A DNA stretch of 64,000 nucleotides from Cetorhinus maximus. Taxonomy: Eukaryota. The notes below the pieces were generated by a model. It was not told the DNA's origin and searched no databases. It saw only the letters and a program-made list of their open reading frames with translations. Numbering within the stretch: position 1 is the stretch's first letter; each line of letters opens with the position of its first letter. This document shows positions 25,244-38,269 of this stretch, in pieces. Made by a program: the position numbers and the translations under genes. Location of the stretch: contig NW_027596303.1 of assembly GCF_964194155.1 (NCBI RefSeq), forward strand, positions 248,001 to 312,000, read 5' to 3'.

Positions 25244-26614
25244 CTCTTAACGGGGAAGGTTTATTCGGGAAGTCATTGAACACATCGAGAGACTCCATTG
25301 GGAGTTCACAGAGGCAAAAAGAGCACAAACCTCCAAACAGCTTATCTGCTCAACCCTTCAAGCACCACCTGCCCTACATGTGGCAGAGTCTGCAGACCGT
25401 GCATTGGATTTATCAGCCATCTCAGAACCCATCGAACCAGAGTGGATATAAATCATCCTCGATCTCCAGTGACTGCCTAAGAATAAGGTAAGAAGAGGAT
25501 TTGAATGTTTCTGTGCAACATACACTCCTTTAACCAGGCCATTATTTTATCTTCAAAAGGAACTTGGAAAATTCCAACCTCTTCCCCTACTTTTCATCAC
25601 TTGTTGGAAGTGGCCTCCCAATATTGGAGGGGATAACTTCAGCACAGCACAACAAGTTGCTGCTCCCATCGCTGCTTTGCCTGGATCACCCCAAACCAGT
25701 AAGAGAATGGGAATTCTCATGCAATGATTACAGAACAATGGATCGGTCTTCCAATTAACAATCCAATCCTGGAACTGAAAGAAGAGCCTCGGGAAAATAC
25801 TGGCAACCTGTCCACCATCTCTTCAAACAACCAGTACAAACAGCTTAAAACACACTCAAAGGCAATTGACATTTTGTAAGCCATGAAGGGGCCATTTGAA
25901 TAACTTCTTTCTCATTTTCTAAAGATGTGCTGCAGCCTTGCCCATGCTAGACTCTTTACCTCATGTGTTATGGGATGTTATTTACTTCCTTTAGAAAGAA
26001 GTTTATCCTCCCCCATCCCCCCCACCATCCCTTATTTCACCATTTTTCTCCCTTTGTCCCTGGCACGTTGCCCATGGCGATGACCTTTTGACAGGATCTG
26101 GTTCCAGGAGGCCCCAGATGGCCAGTTCTCATCATGTCAGAGTGTGTCAGCAAGTTGTTTAACCCTGTTGGGGCAAAAGAGAGGAAGCCCATCCTGACCT
26201 CACCCAATGTCCCCACTTACCTGGCTAGCAATCGAGAGGGAAAATCCAGACCAAACTTCTCCTTCCCAATCTGGCCAGTTGTATGATCCCTCCCACTTAC
26301 GGGTAACTCAGAAGAGGTCAGATATTGAATCCAATTAGATCAGAGAGAATTATTTTATTTCCTAAAGTTTGAAAGATATTAACAGTTGCTCTGCAGAAAT
26401 TATTATTTTATTTGCAGAATATTTATAATAGGCCTTACTTTACTTTATCCAAGTAACAACTTTCTTCAGTGTAATTGTTTGCCTTCATATGTAGCATTGA
26501 ACATCACTAAGTTTAACAACAAAAAATCAAGAGTATAAAAGTGTCAATTTGTCAGCATACAATAAACTGTAATTCTCAGTTAAGTTAAACTTGGCGATGG
26601 ATTAACTATTGAAC

Positions 26615-27530
26615 TATAGGGAGAGAGGGTGGCACAAGTTGGTCCACAGGGAAAGAGGGTGGCACAAGCTGGCCCACAGGGAAAGAGGGAGGGACAAACT
26701 GGTCCACAGGGAGAGAGGGAAATGCACGCTGGTACACAGGGAGAAAGGGTGGCAATAACTGGTCCAAAGGGAGAGAGGGAGGCACAAGCTGGTCCATAGG
26801 GAGAGAGGGAGGCACACGCTGGTACTCAGGGAGAGAAGGTGGCACACGCTGGTACTCAGGGAGAGAAGGTGGCACACGCTGGTACTCAGGGAGAGAAGGT
26901 GGCACACGCTGGTACTCAGGGAGAGAAGGTGGCACACGCTGGTACTCAGGGAGAGAAGGTGGCACACGCTGGTACTCAGGGAGAGAAGGTGGCACACGCT
27001 GGTACTCAGGGAGAGAAGGTGGCACAAGCTGGTCCACAGGGAGAGAGTGTGGCACAAACTGGTACACAGGGAGAGAGGGAGGCACAAACTGGTACACAGG
27101 GAGAGAGGGAGGCACAAACTGGTCCACAGGGAGAGAGTGTGGCACACGCTGGTCCTCAGGGAGAGAGGGTGGCACAAACTGGTACGCAGGGAGAGAGGGA
27201 GGCACAAGCTGGTACACAGGGAGAGAGGGTGGCACAAACTGGTACACAGGGAGAGAGGGAGGCACAAACTGGTACACAGGGAGAGAGGGTGGCACAAACT
27301 GGTACACAGGGAGAGAGGGTGGCACAAACTGGTACGCAGGGAGAGAGGGAGGCACAAGCTGGTACACAGGGAGAGAGGGTGGCACACGCTGGTACACAGG
27401 GGGGAAGATTGGCATCTGTTGGAATTAAAGGAGAAATTGGCACCTGCTGGTATACAGCGAGAGAGTCACCTGTTGGTACTCGAGGGAGAGAGTGGCACAT
27501 GCTAATATACCATGGTAGAGGGTGGTATCT
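26615..27530. repeat. 30-bp minisatellite (GGTACACAGGGAGAGAGGGTGGCACAAACT)n
   Basis: About 28 tandem units, with an identical run at 26821-27020. Unit length divisible by 3 explains the long repetitive ORFs. Confidence 0.95.
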
Positions 27531-27576
27531 GCTGACTGAAAAGAAACTAAATATTTCCCAGGACATGAGATAACGC

Positions 27577-28170
27577 TGACCCAATTTTAACTCTCAGTGG
27601 ACAGTTGGTGAAGTCCTGCTGCTGCAGAAACAAAGCCAAGGTTATTTTAACTCCCGAACCCCATCCACCAGATGATGTTTCATTCCCTCCATCAGCGCCA
27701 AACCCCCCTCCCCGCTCCCCCCTCCCCCCACCTCCCACCTCCCAAGCAGAGGGCTCATGTGACTACTTGTGAAAAAAATCAGACAGCCTTAAGCTGCGTG
27801 CCAGGGAGCAGGTGGATGTGGAGAGGATCTCCCAGGGAGTGGAGAGTTCACTCCTGCTCCTCCTGGTCCGAAAGAAAAGTGGAAAGCTTAGCTTTTACAG
27901 ACTCGCCACGTCCCTACGGTCCTCTGACCTGGTCCAGCTGCTGTCACTCCCCCATTCGAGGTGGAATTAAAATGGCAGTCAAGGTTTGATGATATTACCA
28001 GAATCCAATCTACATGTTTACAGAAGACCCCACCGGCATTTGACAGTCAGCTTAGCTGCCAGTCCAAAAAACTCCCATGATAAATCAGAGTCGGAACTAT
28101 GCAGACAGCAGGTAAGTAACCTGGGCAATGGTCCAGTACCCACTAGGCGGGCAGGGTTAAAAGCATCCTC
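27577..28170. mobile_element. Possible old MITE
   Basis: Starts CCCAATTTTAACTC and ends GGGCAGGGTTAAAAGCATCC, degenerate inverted ends resembling the Harbinger-type MITEs; no clear TSD. Confidence 0.35.
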
Positions 28171-28479
28171 CTTATCAGCCTCAGTTTGCTGCAGGAATTG
28201 ATGGAGCAGAGCATTGATAGAGATAAGAGTTAAACTGCACTGGAATTGAATAGGATGGAGTGAGGTTTAAATATATGAACTCAGATCCATGCATTAAGAT
28301 GAATCTGCAAAGGAAGTAACACTGTCCTTGTCATGTGATTGTCTTTAGTAGCTCTGAGATCATCACAAATTACTGGTTTCTATTACTGGTCTATTAGCTA
28401 ATCCTGGTGTAATGTGCTGCCACAGGGGTTAATTACAGACACATCATGTCTCAGTAATGACAGCACACACCAAAACATG

Positions 28480-29730
28480 AGGCTGGCTACAGACACACGC
28501 TGATACACAGAGAGCTGGTCTCACATACACATGCACACACACACACACACTACACACATACACAAATACACACACACACAGAGCTGGTCACACATACGGA
28601 CACTGACATAGAGAGCTGGTCTCATACAAACACACACACACACACACATACTGACACACAGAGCTGGTCACACACACCAACACACAGAGAGCAGGTCTCT
28701 CTCTCTCACACACACACATATATACACACACACACACACTGACACACATCAGAGCTGGTCTCACACACACATTGACACACACAGTTGGTCACACACACTG
28801 TCACACAGAGCAGGTCTCACACAAACACACACACACACATTGACACAGAGCTGGTCACACACACGCTGNNNNNNNNNNNNNNNNNNNNNNNNNNNNNNNN
28901 NNNNNNNNNNNNNNNNNNNNNNNNNNNNNNNNNNNNNNNNNNNNNNNNNNNNNNNNNNNNNNNNNNNNNNNNNNNNNNNNNNNNNNNNNNNNNNNNNNNG
29001 TCTCACACACACACGCACATGCACACACACACACACACACACAGCTGGTCTCACACATACACACACACACACACACACGCACACTGACACACATAATGGG
29101 TCAGACACATGCTGACACACAGAGAGCTGGTCTCAGACACACACTGACACACAGAGAGCTGATCACACATACACACACACATACGCACACAGCCACACAG
29201 GCGGGTCACACACAAACTGACACACAGAGAGCTGGTCACACACACACACTGATACACAGAGAGCTGGCCACACACACTGACACACAGAGGGCTGGTCTCA
29301 CACACACACACACACACACACAGAGCTGGTCACACACGCTGATACACAGAGGGCTGGTCTCACACATACACTGACACACAGAGAGCTTATCTCACATCGA
29401 CACACCATACACACACACACACACACACAGAGCTGGTCACACACACATTGACACACAGAGAGCTTGTCTCACACACACATTGGCACACTGAGCTGGTCAC
29501 AAACACACACTTACACACAGAAAGCTGGNNNNNNNNNNNNNNNNNNNNNNNNNNNNNNNNNNNNNNNNNNNNNNNNNNNNNNNNNNNNNNNNNNNNNNNN
29601 NNNNNNNNNNNNNNNNNNNNNNNNNNNNNNNNNNNNNNNNNNNNNNNNNNNNNNNNNNNNNNNNNNNNNNNNNNNNNNNNNNNNNNNNNNNNNNNNNNNN
29701 NNNNNNNNNGCTGGTCATACACACGCGCAC
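28480..29730. repeat. CA-microsatellite-expanded satellite (GAGCTGGTC(TC)(AC)n), with assembly gaps at 28869-28999 and 29529-29709
   Basis: Recurring CACAGAGAGCTGGTC anchor separated by variable (CA)n; N runs. Confidence 0.9.
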
Positions 29731-30019
29731 TGGATTGAATTTTTGGGATGGCTTGGTCTTGCTTCCCACCATCTGAAGAGTGTTCCCCGCCGACTCCGAG
29801 TTACCACAGCCATTTCACACTCGAATGACCTAAAGAGTGACCTGACTTCCTTCATGGGGACCTGCCTAATTGGCCCCACAAAGCCTGAAATTCAATTATA
29901 TACACTCAGGCAGCTGGTTGCACCAAGGTCTGCTGCAGTCCCAGCAGTGGCAACATAACGCAGTGATTCAGTAAACTGGCCACACACACATTCGTGGCCA
30001 GCTCACAGAATCACTGCGC

Positions 30020-30092
30020 TCCGGTGCAGATTAAATGGGCAGAAGGGCCTTTTTCGGTGCTGTAGACCTCTATGACTCTATGACGCTATGAC
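30020..30092 (+). mobile_element. CR1 3' tail remnant
   Basis: ATGGGCAGAAGGGCCT...GTGCTGTAGACCTCTATGACTCTATGAC, the CR1 terminal stem-loop plus 8-mer repeat. Confidence 0.75.
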
Positions 30093-33000
30093 AATCATTC
30101 ATTGAGCTGGTCACACGCAGAGTGATTCACTGAGCTGGCCATGCACCCGGTGATTCACTGAGCTGACCACACACACAGTGATTCACTGGGATGGCCACAC
30201 ACACAGTGATTCACTGAGATGACCAGGCACACAGTAATTCTCTGAGCTGGTCACACACACAGTGATTCACTGATCTGGCCACACACGTAGTGATTCACTG
30301 AGCTGGCCACATATGCAGTCGTTCACTGAGCTGGCCAGGCTTAAAGTGATTCACTGGGCTGACAAATCACGCAGTCATTCATTGAGCTGGGTGCACAGGC
30401 AGTGATTCTCTTAATGAACACAGACGCAGTGATTCAGTGAGCTGGCCACACACGCAGTGATTCACTGAGATGGCCAAACATGTAGTGATTCTCTGAGCTG
30501 GCCACAGACGCAGTGATTCTCTGAGCTGTCCACACATGCAGTGATTCACTAGTCTGGCCACACAAGCAGTGATTCACTGAGCTGGCCACACAAGCAGTGA
30601 TTCACTGGGTTGGCCACACACGCAGTGATTCACTGAGCTGACAACAGATACAGTGATTCTCTGAGCTGCCCAAACATGCAGTGATTCACTGAGCTGGTCA
30701 CACAAACAATGATTCACTAAGATGTTCAAAGATGTTGTGATTCAATGAGCTGGTCACAGACGCAGTGATTCTCTGAGCTGGCCACAGACACAGTGATTCA
30801 CTAGTCTGGCCACACACACAGTGATTCACTGAGCTGGCCACAACGCAGTGATTCACTAACCTGTTCACAGATGTTGTCATTCACTGAGCTGGTCATAGCC
30901 GCAGTGATTTACGGAGTTGGTCACAGATGGAGTGATTCTCTGAGTTGGTCACAGATGCAGTGATACTCTGAGTTGATCAAAGATGCAGTGATTATCTGAG
31001 CTGGTCACACATGCAGTGATTCACTGAGCTGGCCACAGACACAGTGATTCACTGAGCAGGTCACAGGCGCTGTGATTCACTGGGCTGACCACCTACACAG
31101 TGATTCATTGACCTGGTCACAGATGGAGTGATTCACTGAGCTGGCCACAGATGCAGAGAATCACTAAGCTAACTGCGCACACAGTGATTCACTGGGCTGG
31201 TCACACATGTAGTGATTCACTGAGCTGGCCACAGATGCAATGATTCACTGAGCTGACCACACATGCAATGATTCCCTGAGCTGGCCACATTTGCAGTGAT
31301 TCATTAGGCTTGCCACACATGCAGTCATTAACTGAGCTGGCCACATATGCAGTCTTTCACCGAGCTGGCCAGGCATAGAGTGATTCACTGGGCTGACCAC
31401 TCATGCAGTGAGTCACTGAGCTGGTCACACACGCAGTGACTCACTGAGCTGACCTCAGACACAGTGATTCTCTGAGCTGGCCAAACATGCAGCGATTCAC
31501 TGAGCTGGCCACACACGCAGTGATTCACTGAGCTGGCCACACACACAATGATTCACTAAGCAGTTCACAGATGTTGTGATTCACAGAGTGGGTCATGGCC
31601 GCAGTGATTAACTGAGTTGGTCACAGATGGAGTGATTCTCTGAGTTGGTCACAGATGCAGTGATTTTCTGAGCTGGTCACAGACACAGTGTTTCACTGAG
31701 CTGGCCACACACACAGTGATTCACTGAGCAGGTCACAGACGACGTGATTCACTGTGCTGGTCAAATACACAGTGATTCATTGACCAGGCCACAGATGGGG
31801 TGATTCAATGAGCTGGCCACAGATGCAGAGAATCACTAAGCCACCTGCGCACACAGTGATTCACCGGGCTGGTCACACATGTAGTGATTCACTGAGCTGG
31901 GCACAGATGCAGTGATTCTCTGAGCTGGCCATACACACAGTGATTCTCTGAGCTGGCCATACACACAGTCATTCTCTGAGCTGGTCACATATGCAGTGAT
32001 TCACTGAGCTGGCCACACACACAGTGATTCACTGAGAAGGTCACAGACACTGTGATTCACTGGGCTGGCCACCTACACAGTGATTCATTGACCTGGCCAC
32101 AGATGGGGTGATTCACTGAGCTGGCCACAGATGCAGAGAATCACTAAGCTAACTGCACACACAGTGATTCACTGGGCTGGTCACACACGAAATGATTCAC
32201 TGAGCTGGCCACAGATGCAGTGATTCTCTGAGATGGCCAAACACACAGTGATTCACTGAGCTGGCCACATGTACAGTGATTCACTGAGTGAGTCCCAGAT
32301 GCAGTGATTCTCTGAGTTTGCCATAGATGCAGTGATTCACTGAGCTGGCTACACACGCAATGATTCGCTGAGCTGGCCACATATGCAGTCTTTCAATGAG
32401 CTGGCCAGACATAAAGTGATTCACTGGGCTGACCACTCATGCAGTGATTCAATGAGATGGCCAAACATGCAGTGATTCTCTGAGATGGCCATACACACAG
32501 TGATTCACTGAGTGAGTCCCTAATGCAGTGATTCTCTGAGCTTGCCACAGATGCAGTGATACACTGAGCTGGCCACAGATGCAATGATTCACTGAACTGG
32601 CAACACATGCAATGATTCACTGAGCTGGCCACATATGCAGTAATTCATTAGGCTTGCCACACATGCAGTGATTCACTGGGCTGGCCACATGTGCAGTCTT
32701 TCACTGAGCTGGCCAGGCATAAAGTGATTCACTGGGCTGACCACTCATGCAGTGATTCACTGAGATGGCCACAGACGCAGTGGTTCACTGAGCTGGCCAC
32801 ACACGCAGTGATTCACTAAGCTGTTCACAGATGTTGTCATTCACTGAGCTGGTAACAGCCGCAGTGAATTACTGAGTTGCTCACAGATGGAATGATTCTC
32901 TGAGATGGTCATAGATGTAGTGATCCTCTGAGCTGGTCACAGATGCAGTGATTCTCTGAGTTGGTCACAGATGCAGTGATTTTTTGAGCTGGTCACAGAT

Positions 33001-35640
33001 GCAGTGATTCTCTGAGCTGATCACAGAAGCAGTGATTCACTGAGCTGGTCACTTACACAGTGATTCAATGAGCTGGTCACAGATGCAGTGATTCTCTGAG
33101 CTGGTCACACATGCAGTGATTCACTGAGCAGGACACAGACGCTGTGATTCACTGGGCTGGCCACCTACACAGTGATTCAGTGACCTGGCCACAGATGGAG
33201 TGATTCACTGAGCTGACCACAGATGCAGAGAATCACTAAGCTAACTGCGCACACAGTGATTCACGGGCTGGTCACACATGTAGTGATTCACTGAGTGAGT
33301 CCCAGATGCAGTGATTCTCTGAGCTGGCCATACACACAGTGATTCACTAAGCTGGCCACATGTGCAGTGATTCACTTAAAGAGTCCCAGATGCAGTGATT
33401 CTCTGAGCTTGCCATAGATGCAGTGATTCACTGAGCTGGCCACAGATGCAATGATTCACTGAGCTGGCCACACACGCAGTGATTCACTGAGCTGGCCACA
33501 CACGCAGTGATTCATTGAGCTGACCACAGACACAGTGATTCTCTGAGCTGGCCAAACATGCAGTGATTCACTAGTCTGGCCACACATGCAGTGATTCACT
33601 AAGCTGTTCACAGAGGTTGTCATTCACTGAGCTGGTAACAGCCGCAGTGATTTACTGAGTTGCTCACAGATGGAGTGATTCCCTGAGATGGTCATAGATG
33701 TAGTGATCCTCTGAGCTGGTCACAGATGCAGTGATTCTCTGAGTTGGTCACAGATGCAGTGATTTTCTGAGCTGGTCACAGATGCAGTGATTCACTGAGC
33801 TGATCACAGAAACAGTGATTCACTGAGCTGGTCACGTACACAGTGATTCACTGAGCTGGTCCCAGATGCAGTGATTCTTTGAGCTGGTCACACATGCAGT
33901 GAATCACTGAGCTGGCTACACACACATTGATTCACTGAGCTGACCACAGACACAGTGATTCTCTGAGCTGGCCAAAAATGCAGTGATTCACTGAGCTGGC
34001 CACACACACAATGATTCACTAAGCAGTTCACAGATGTTGTGATTCACTGAGCTGGTCACAACCGCAGTGATTTACTGAGTTGGTCACAGATGGAGTGATT
34101 CTGAGTTATTCACAGATGTAGTGATTCTCTGAGCTGGTCACAGATGCCGTGATTTTCTGAGCTGGTCACTAACACAGTGATTCACTGAGCTGGTCACAGA
34201 TGCAGTGATTATCTGAGCTGGTCACACATGCAGTGATTCACTGAGCTGGCCATACACACAGTGACTCACTGAGCAGGTCACAGATGCTGTGATTCACTGC
34301 GCTGGCCAACTACACAGTGATTCATTGACCAGGCCACAGATGGAGTGATTCACTGAGCTGGCCATAGATGCAGAGAATCACTAAGCTAACTGCACACACA
34401 GTGATTCGCCGGGCTGGTCACACACGTAGTGATTCACTGAGCTGGGCACAGATGCAGTGATTCTCTGAGCTGGCCATACACACAGTGATTCACAGAGAAG
34501 GTCACAGACACTGTGATTCACTGGGCTGGCCACCTACACAGTGATTCATTGAACTGGCCACAGATGGAGTGGTTCACTGAGCTGGCCACAGATGCAGAGA
34601 ATCACTAAGCTAACTGCGCACACACTGATTCACTGGGCTGGTCACACACGCAATGATTCGCTGAGCTGGCCACATATGCAATGATTCTCTGAGATGGCCA
34701 TATACACAGTGAATCACTGAGCTGGACACATGTACAGTGATTCACTGAGTAAGTCCCTAATGCGGTGATTCTCTGAGCTTGCCATAGATGCAATGATTCA
34801 CTGAGCTGGCCACACACACAACGATTCACTGAGCTGACCACGTATGCATTAATTCATTAGGCATGCCACACATGCAGTGATTCACTGGGCTGGCCACATA
34901 TGCAGTCTTTCACTGAGCTGGCCAGGCATAAAGTGATTCACCGGGCTGACCACTCATGCAGTGATTCACCGAGATGGCCACAGATGCAGTGATTCTCTGA
35001 GATGGCCATATACACAGTGAATCACTGAGCTGGACACATGTACAGTGATTCACTGAGTGAGTCCCTAATGCAGTGATTCTCTGAGCTGGCCACAGATGCA
35101 ATGATTCACTGAGCTGGCCATACATGCTATTATTCACTGAGCTGGTCACACACACAATGATTCACTAAGCTGTTCACAGATGTTGTGATTCACTGAGCTG
35201 CTCACAGCCACAGTGATTTAATAAGTTGGTCACAGATGGAGTGATTCTCTGAATTGGTCACAGATGCAGTGATTTTTTGAGCTGGTCACAGACGCAGTGA
35301 TTCACTGAGCTGATCACAGAAGCAGTGATTCACTGAGCTGGTCACTTACACAGTGATTCTCTGAGCTGGTCACAGATGCAGTGATTCTCTGAGCTGGTCA
35401 CACATGCAGTGATTCACTGAGCTGGTCACTTACACAGTGATTCTCTGAGCTGGTCACAGACGCAGTGATTCTCTGAGCTGGTCACACATGCAGTGATTCA
35501 CTGAGCTGGCCACACAAGCAGTGATTCACTGAGCTGGCCACGCACACAGTGATTCACTGAGCCGACCACAGATGCAGTGATTCACTGAACTGACCACAGA
35601 GGCAGTGCTTCCCTGAGCTGGCCATTGACGCCGTGATTCA
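30093..35640. repeat. 5.5-kb satellite, 28-bp monomer GCAGTGATTCACTGAGCTGGCCACAGAT (about 195-200 copies)
   Basis: Continuous head-to-tail units; diagnostic variant monomers recur at spacings close to multiples of 28 bp. Confidence 0.97.
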
Positions 35641-36710
35641 GAACTGTTCGCAGGCTAAATGTCACTTTTCTCACGTAGGATTGTATTTGTGGATTCAGCT
35701 GGTTCCATCACCTCAGGTGAATGACTACTGCATGTGTTTGGAATGTGATAACAATTTCAAAATTGTCTGTCCCAGGCTTTTATGCCTGGTTCGTTAGATT
35801 TTTAGGAGATGTCATTAAACATTCATATCGTATTTTTCCCCAGTCTGCGTTCCTCTGTGATTTTACACCTTTGAAGTACAATCTATCTAAAGAGCAATAT
35901 TTTAATATAGATCAAACCAACATCCTGCAATGATCAAATGATTGGAAATCCCGAATCACAATGCAGGAAAAAGCCTATTGTTATCATGGATTGCACATTG
36001 TCTGTGGAAGCAGGTTAAGTGAGCGAGGTAGAGTTTATTACAAGGTAAATTGTCAATGGGCGCTGGAGGTTTTGGGTTAGCCAGACTGAAAGAACTTTTA
36101 CCATTTTGATGTTTTTTCACATTCATGAGCTCCACAGTAGCAGACACACACAATACCCTTTCTACAACTAAATCTAGAAGCTCTGGTCGGATGACAAAGT
36201 GCCAGTGTGTCCTCAATCCAGGGGTTAGAGGCTTAAGAAGTAGATGTCTTTGGAACACGTGCTGGAAGAAGAGTTATAGCTGTTGTCGCTTGCTGGTGCC
36301 TGAAGCTCAGAAAAGTTCTTTACAATCAGAACCATTAGAACTATGTGCACGGTCAAGACACACACCAGCCGATAACAAATGCTATACCTTGAGAGGAACA
36401 TGATTTGCAGGGCAGTTTTATATTGAAATAAACTAGCCCAAAATATTTATCTGCATCATATAAGCAATCATTCAATTAATTGCTTCATATTCGTATTTCC
36501 AGGTTCACTGCTTTACGGGAAGGTTATGGTTCCTCCATTTGTTCTCAGGAGTTGAGTAAAGGTGGTGAGACCACTTTCCTTGTTCATCTATCCCTAATTG
36601 CCCTGAGGAAGCCAGGGTAGATCTTCCCTTGAAAGGCTGCAGTCCAGGTTGTGATGGGGTTCCATCCCTCTATGGTGTTAGGTTAGGTTTCCAGGATTTT
36701 GACCCAGTGA

Positions 36711-36991
36711 CAGGGTTGCCAACCCTCCAGGATTGCCTTGGAGACTCCAAGAATTGGAGATTAATCTCCTTGACATTGCTGTGATCAACCCAAGAAAAAA
36801 GTCATAGGGGCAGTGGAGGGGGGTCATTAAAAACAATGTTTTTTCCAGAAATGTTCTTCCACCTTTTTTGTTAGTTATAAAAATGAATGGGAGGTGGGGA
36901 AACAAATGCCGTTTGACTTGGGAGGCAGTGGAGATGCGAGATCATGTAATGAAACCTCCAGGGATACATCCAAGCAAAGTTGGCAACCCTA
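36711..36991. mobile_element. hAT-type MITE inserted in a LINE-B remnant (about 36575-37070, minus)
   Basis: TIR CAGGGTTGCCAAC/GTTGGCAACCCTA; 8-bp flanks CCCAGTGA/CCCCCTGA (6/8). A related partial end lies at about 15860-15908. Confidence 0.75.
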
Positions 36992-37729
36992 CCCCCTGAC
37001 AATGAAAGAACAGCAATGTATATTCAAACTAGCACAGGGTGTGGACTGGAGGAGATGTGGTGTTCCCAATTGACATAAACAGTCCCTTAAACTGCTCCTT
37101 AAAAAAGCAGTATTGTATAATTAAAACGCAAAATCCTTGATTTTCTGGTGATTTAATCAGGTTTCATTGTTCCCAACAAAGGGTAGTCTGGACAGCCGCA
37201 AGTCTGTTCACAGATAAATATTATGTGTTTTTAATTTATCTTTTTACCTGCCATTGTTGTTCAGTTACCACAAATTGTTGTACCTTTTTGTGTGTGTGTG
37301 TGTGTCTGTGTGTGTGTCGCTTCCTAACAACATAGCAACACATGCACTCTAACATATAAAGCAACACACAACAGGTGCAATGAGTGCTTTTGTTGAACAA
37401 TCTGTTATTATGGCCCTGAGCTTGCAGAGGTGTATCCTTGGTTAGTAAGTAAAACATAGATATTTATCACTTTTTAAACAGTGCAGAGTTCAGTTTAACT
37501 CATAATCACCCCATCTGGTGTAGCACCGTTCATGACGGGAAATGAGAAGCCAGTTATCTGATAGATCACATTTCTCTCATTTCTAGTCAGTAACTTGTTG
37601 TTGCAACCGTTCTTATCTTTCTCTCTTATTGATATTATGATGGTCATTACTTTTCTAAATGTAATGGGCAGTGCAGAAACTAGAAACATGTAGATACACC
37701 ACAGAAGCCAGAAAGCAAAAGTATTTTAA

Positions 37730-38070
37730 ACTGGATCTAATCCATGCTGTACCTGACCTGGTAGGGCTTAATGGGGTATTGCAGAGTGAACTTCACTCTG
37801 TATTTAACCTGTGGTATAACTGATCTGAGTGTGTTTGATCAGCAGAGTGAGCTTTATGCTATATTTAACCTGTGCTGGACCTGATCTGGGAGTGTTTGAT
37901 CGGGTATTGCAGAGTGAACTTTACTCTATACCTAACCTATGCTGTGCCTGACCTAGGAATTTTGTTAGGGCATTAGCAGAGTGAGATTTACTGTATATTT
38001 AACCTGTGCTGGACCTGATCTGGGGATGTTTGATGGGGCATTGTAGACTGAGCTTTACTCCACACCTAAA
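37730..38070. repeat. About 67-bp tandem repeat, about 5 diverged copies
   Basis: TAACCTGTGCTG.ACCTGA.CTGGGAGTGTTTGAT...AGAGTGAGCTTTACT recurs at 37738, 37805, 37866, 37933 and 38000. Confidence 0.85.
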
Positions 38071-38269
38071 AATAACCTGTCAATTTCAGTCTTGAGAGCT
38101 CCAGTTGTTCCGGAGCCTTAGGGGGAGAGAAGCCCAGATTTCTACTATCCTTTGCAGAACAAACTGCCTCCTAACATTAATGCCTCATGTACTGCCCAAT
38201 CCGTTCTCCTGAATGTGGACTGAACAGCATTCTATCGCAAGTTGAGGTATGATTGTAAAGCAACAAACT

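Larger units (their letters stand above)
16870..25495 (+). mobile_element. Decayed RTE-clade LINE fragmented by nested insertions
   Basis: Colinear motifs HWREHFEELLN (about 16965), VTIFKKGDKSDC..CRGVSLLS (17920), RG.TDM.F..Q..QEKC.EQ (23595), YRTD.KLFNL (23930), VDHFPY (24775) and CPTCGRVC..IGFISHLRTH (25370). Confidence 0.85.

Noticed and set aside
26606-27573. Collagen-like (GTQGE) or Pro-rich repeat protein
   Set aside because: The 10-aa period is not Gly-X-Y; several frames are open on both strands; no flanking domain or convincing splice sites.
28869-29709. ORFs spanning X runs
   Set aside because: Assembly gaps within a microsatellite-rich array.
30170-35560. Functional V(D)J recombination signals or D segments
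   Set aside because: Heptamers lack nonamers at 12/23 spacing; no V, J or C exons were seen.
30093-35640. CRISPR-like array (palindromic 28-bp repeat)
   Set aside because: No unique spacers, monomers are contiguous, no cas genes, eukaryotic context.
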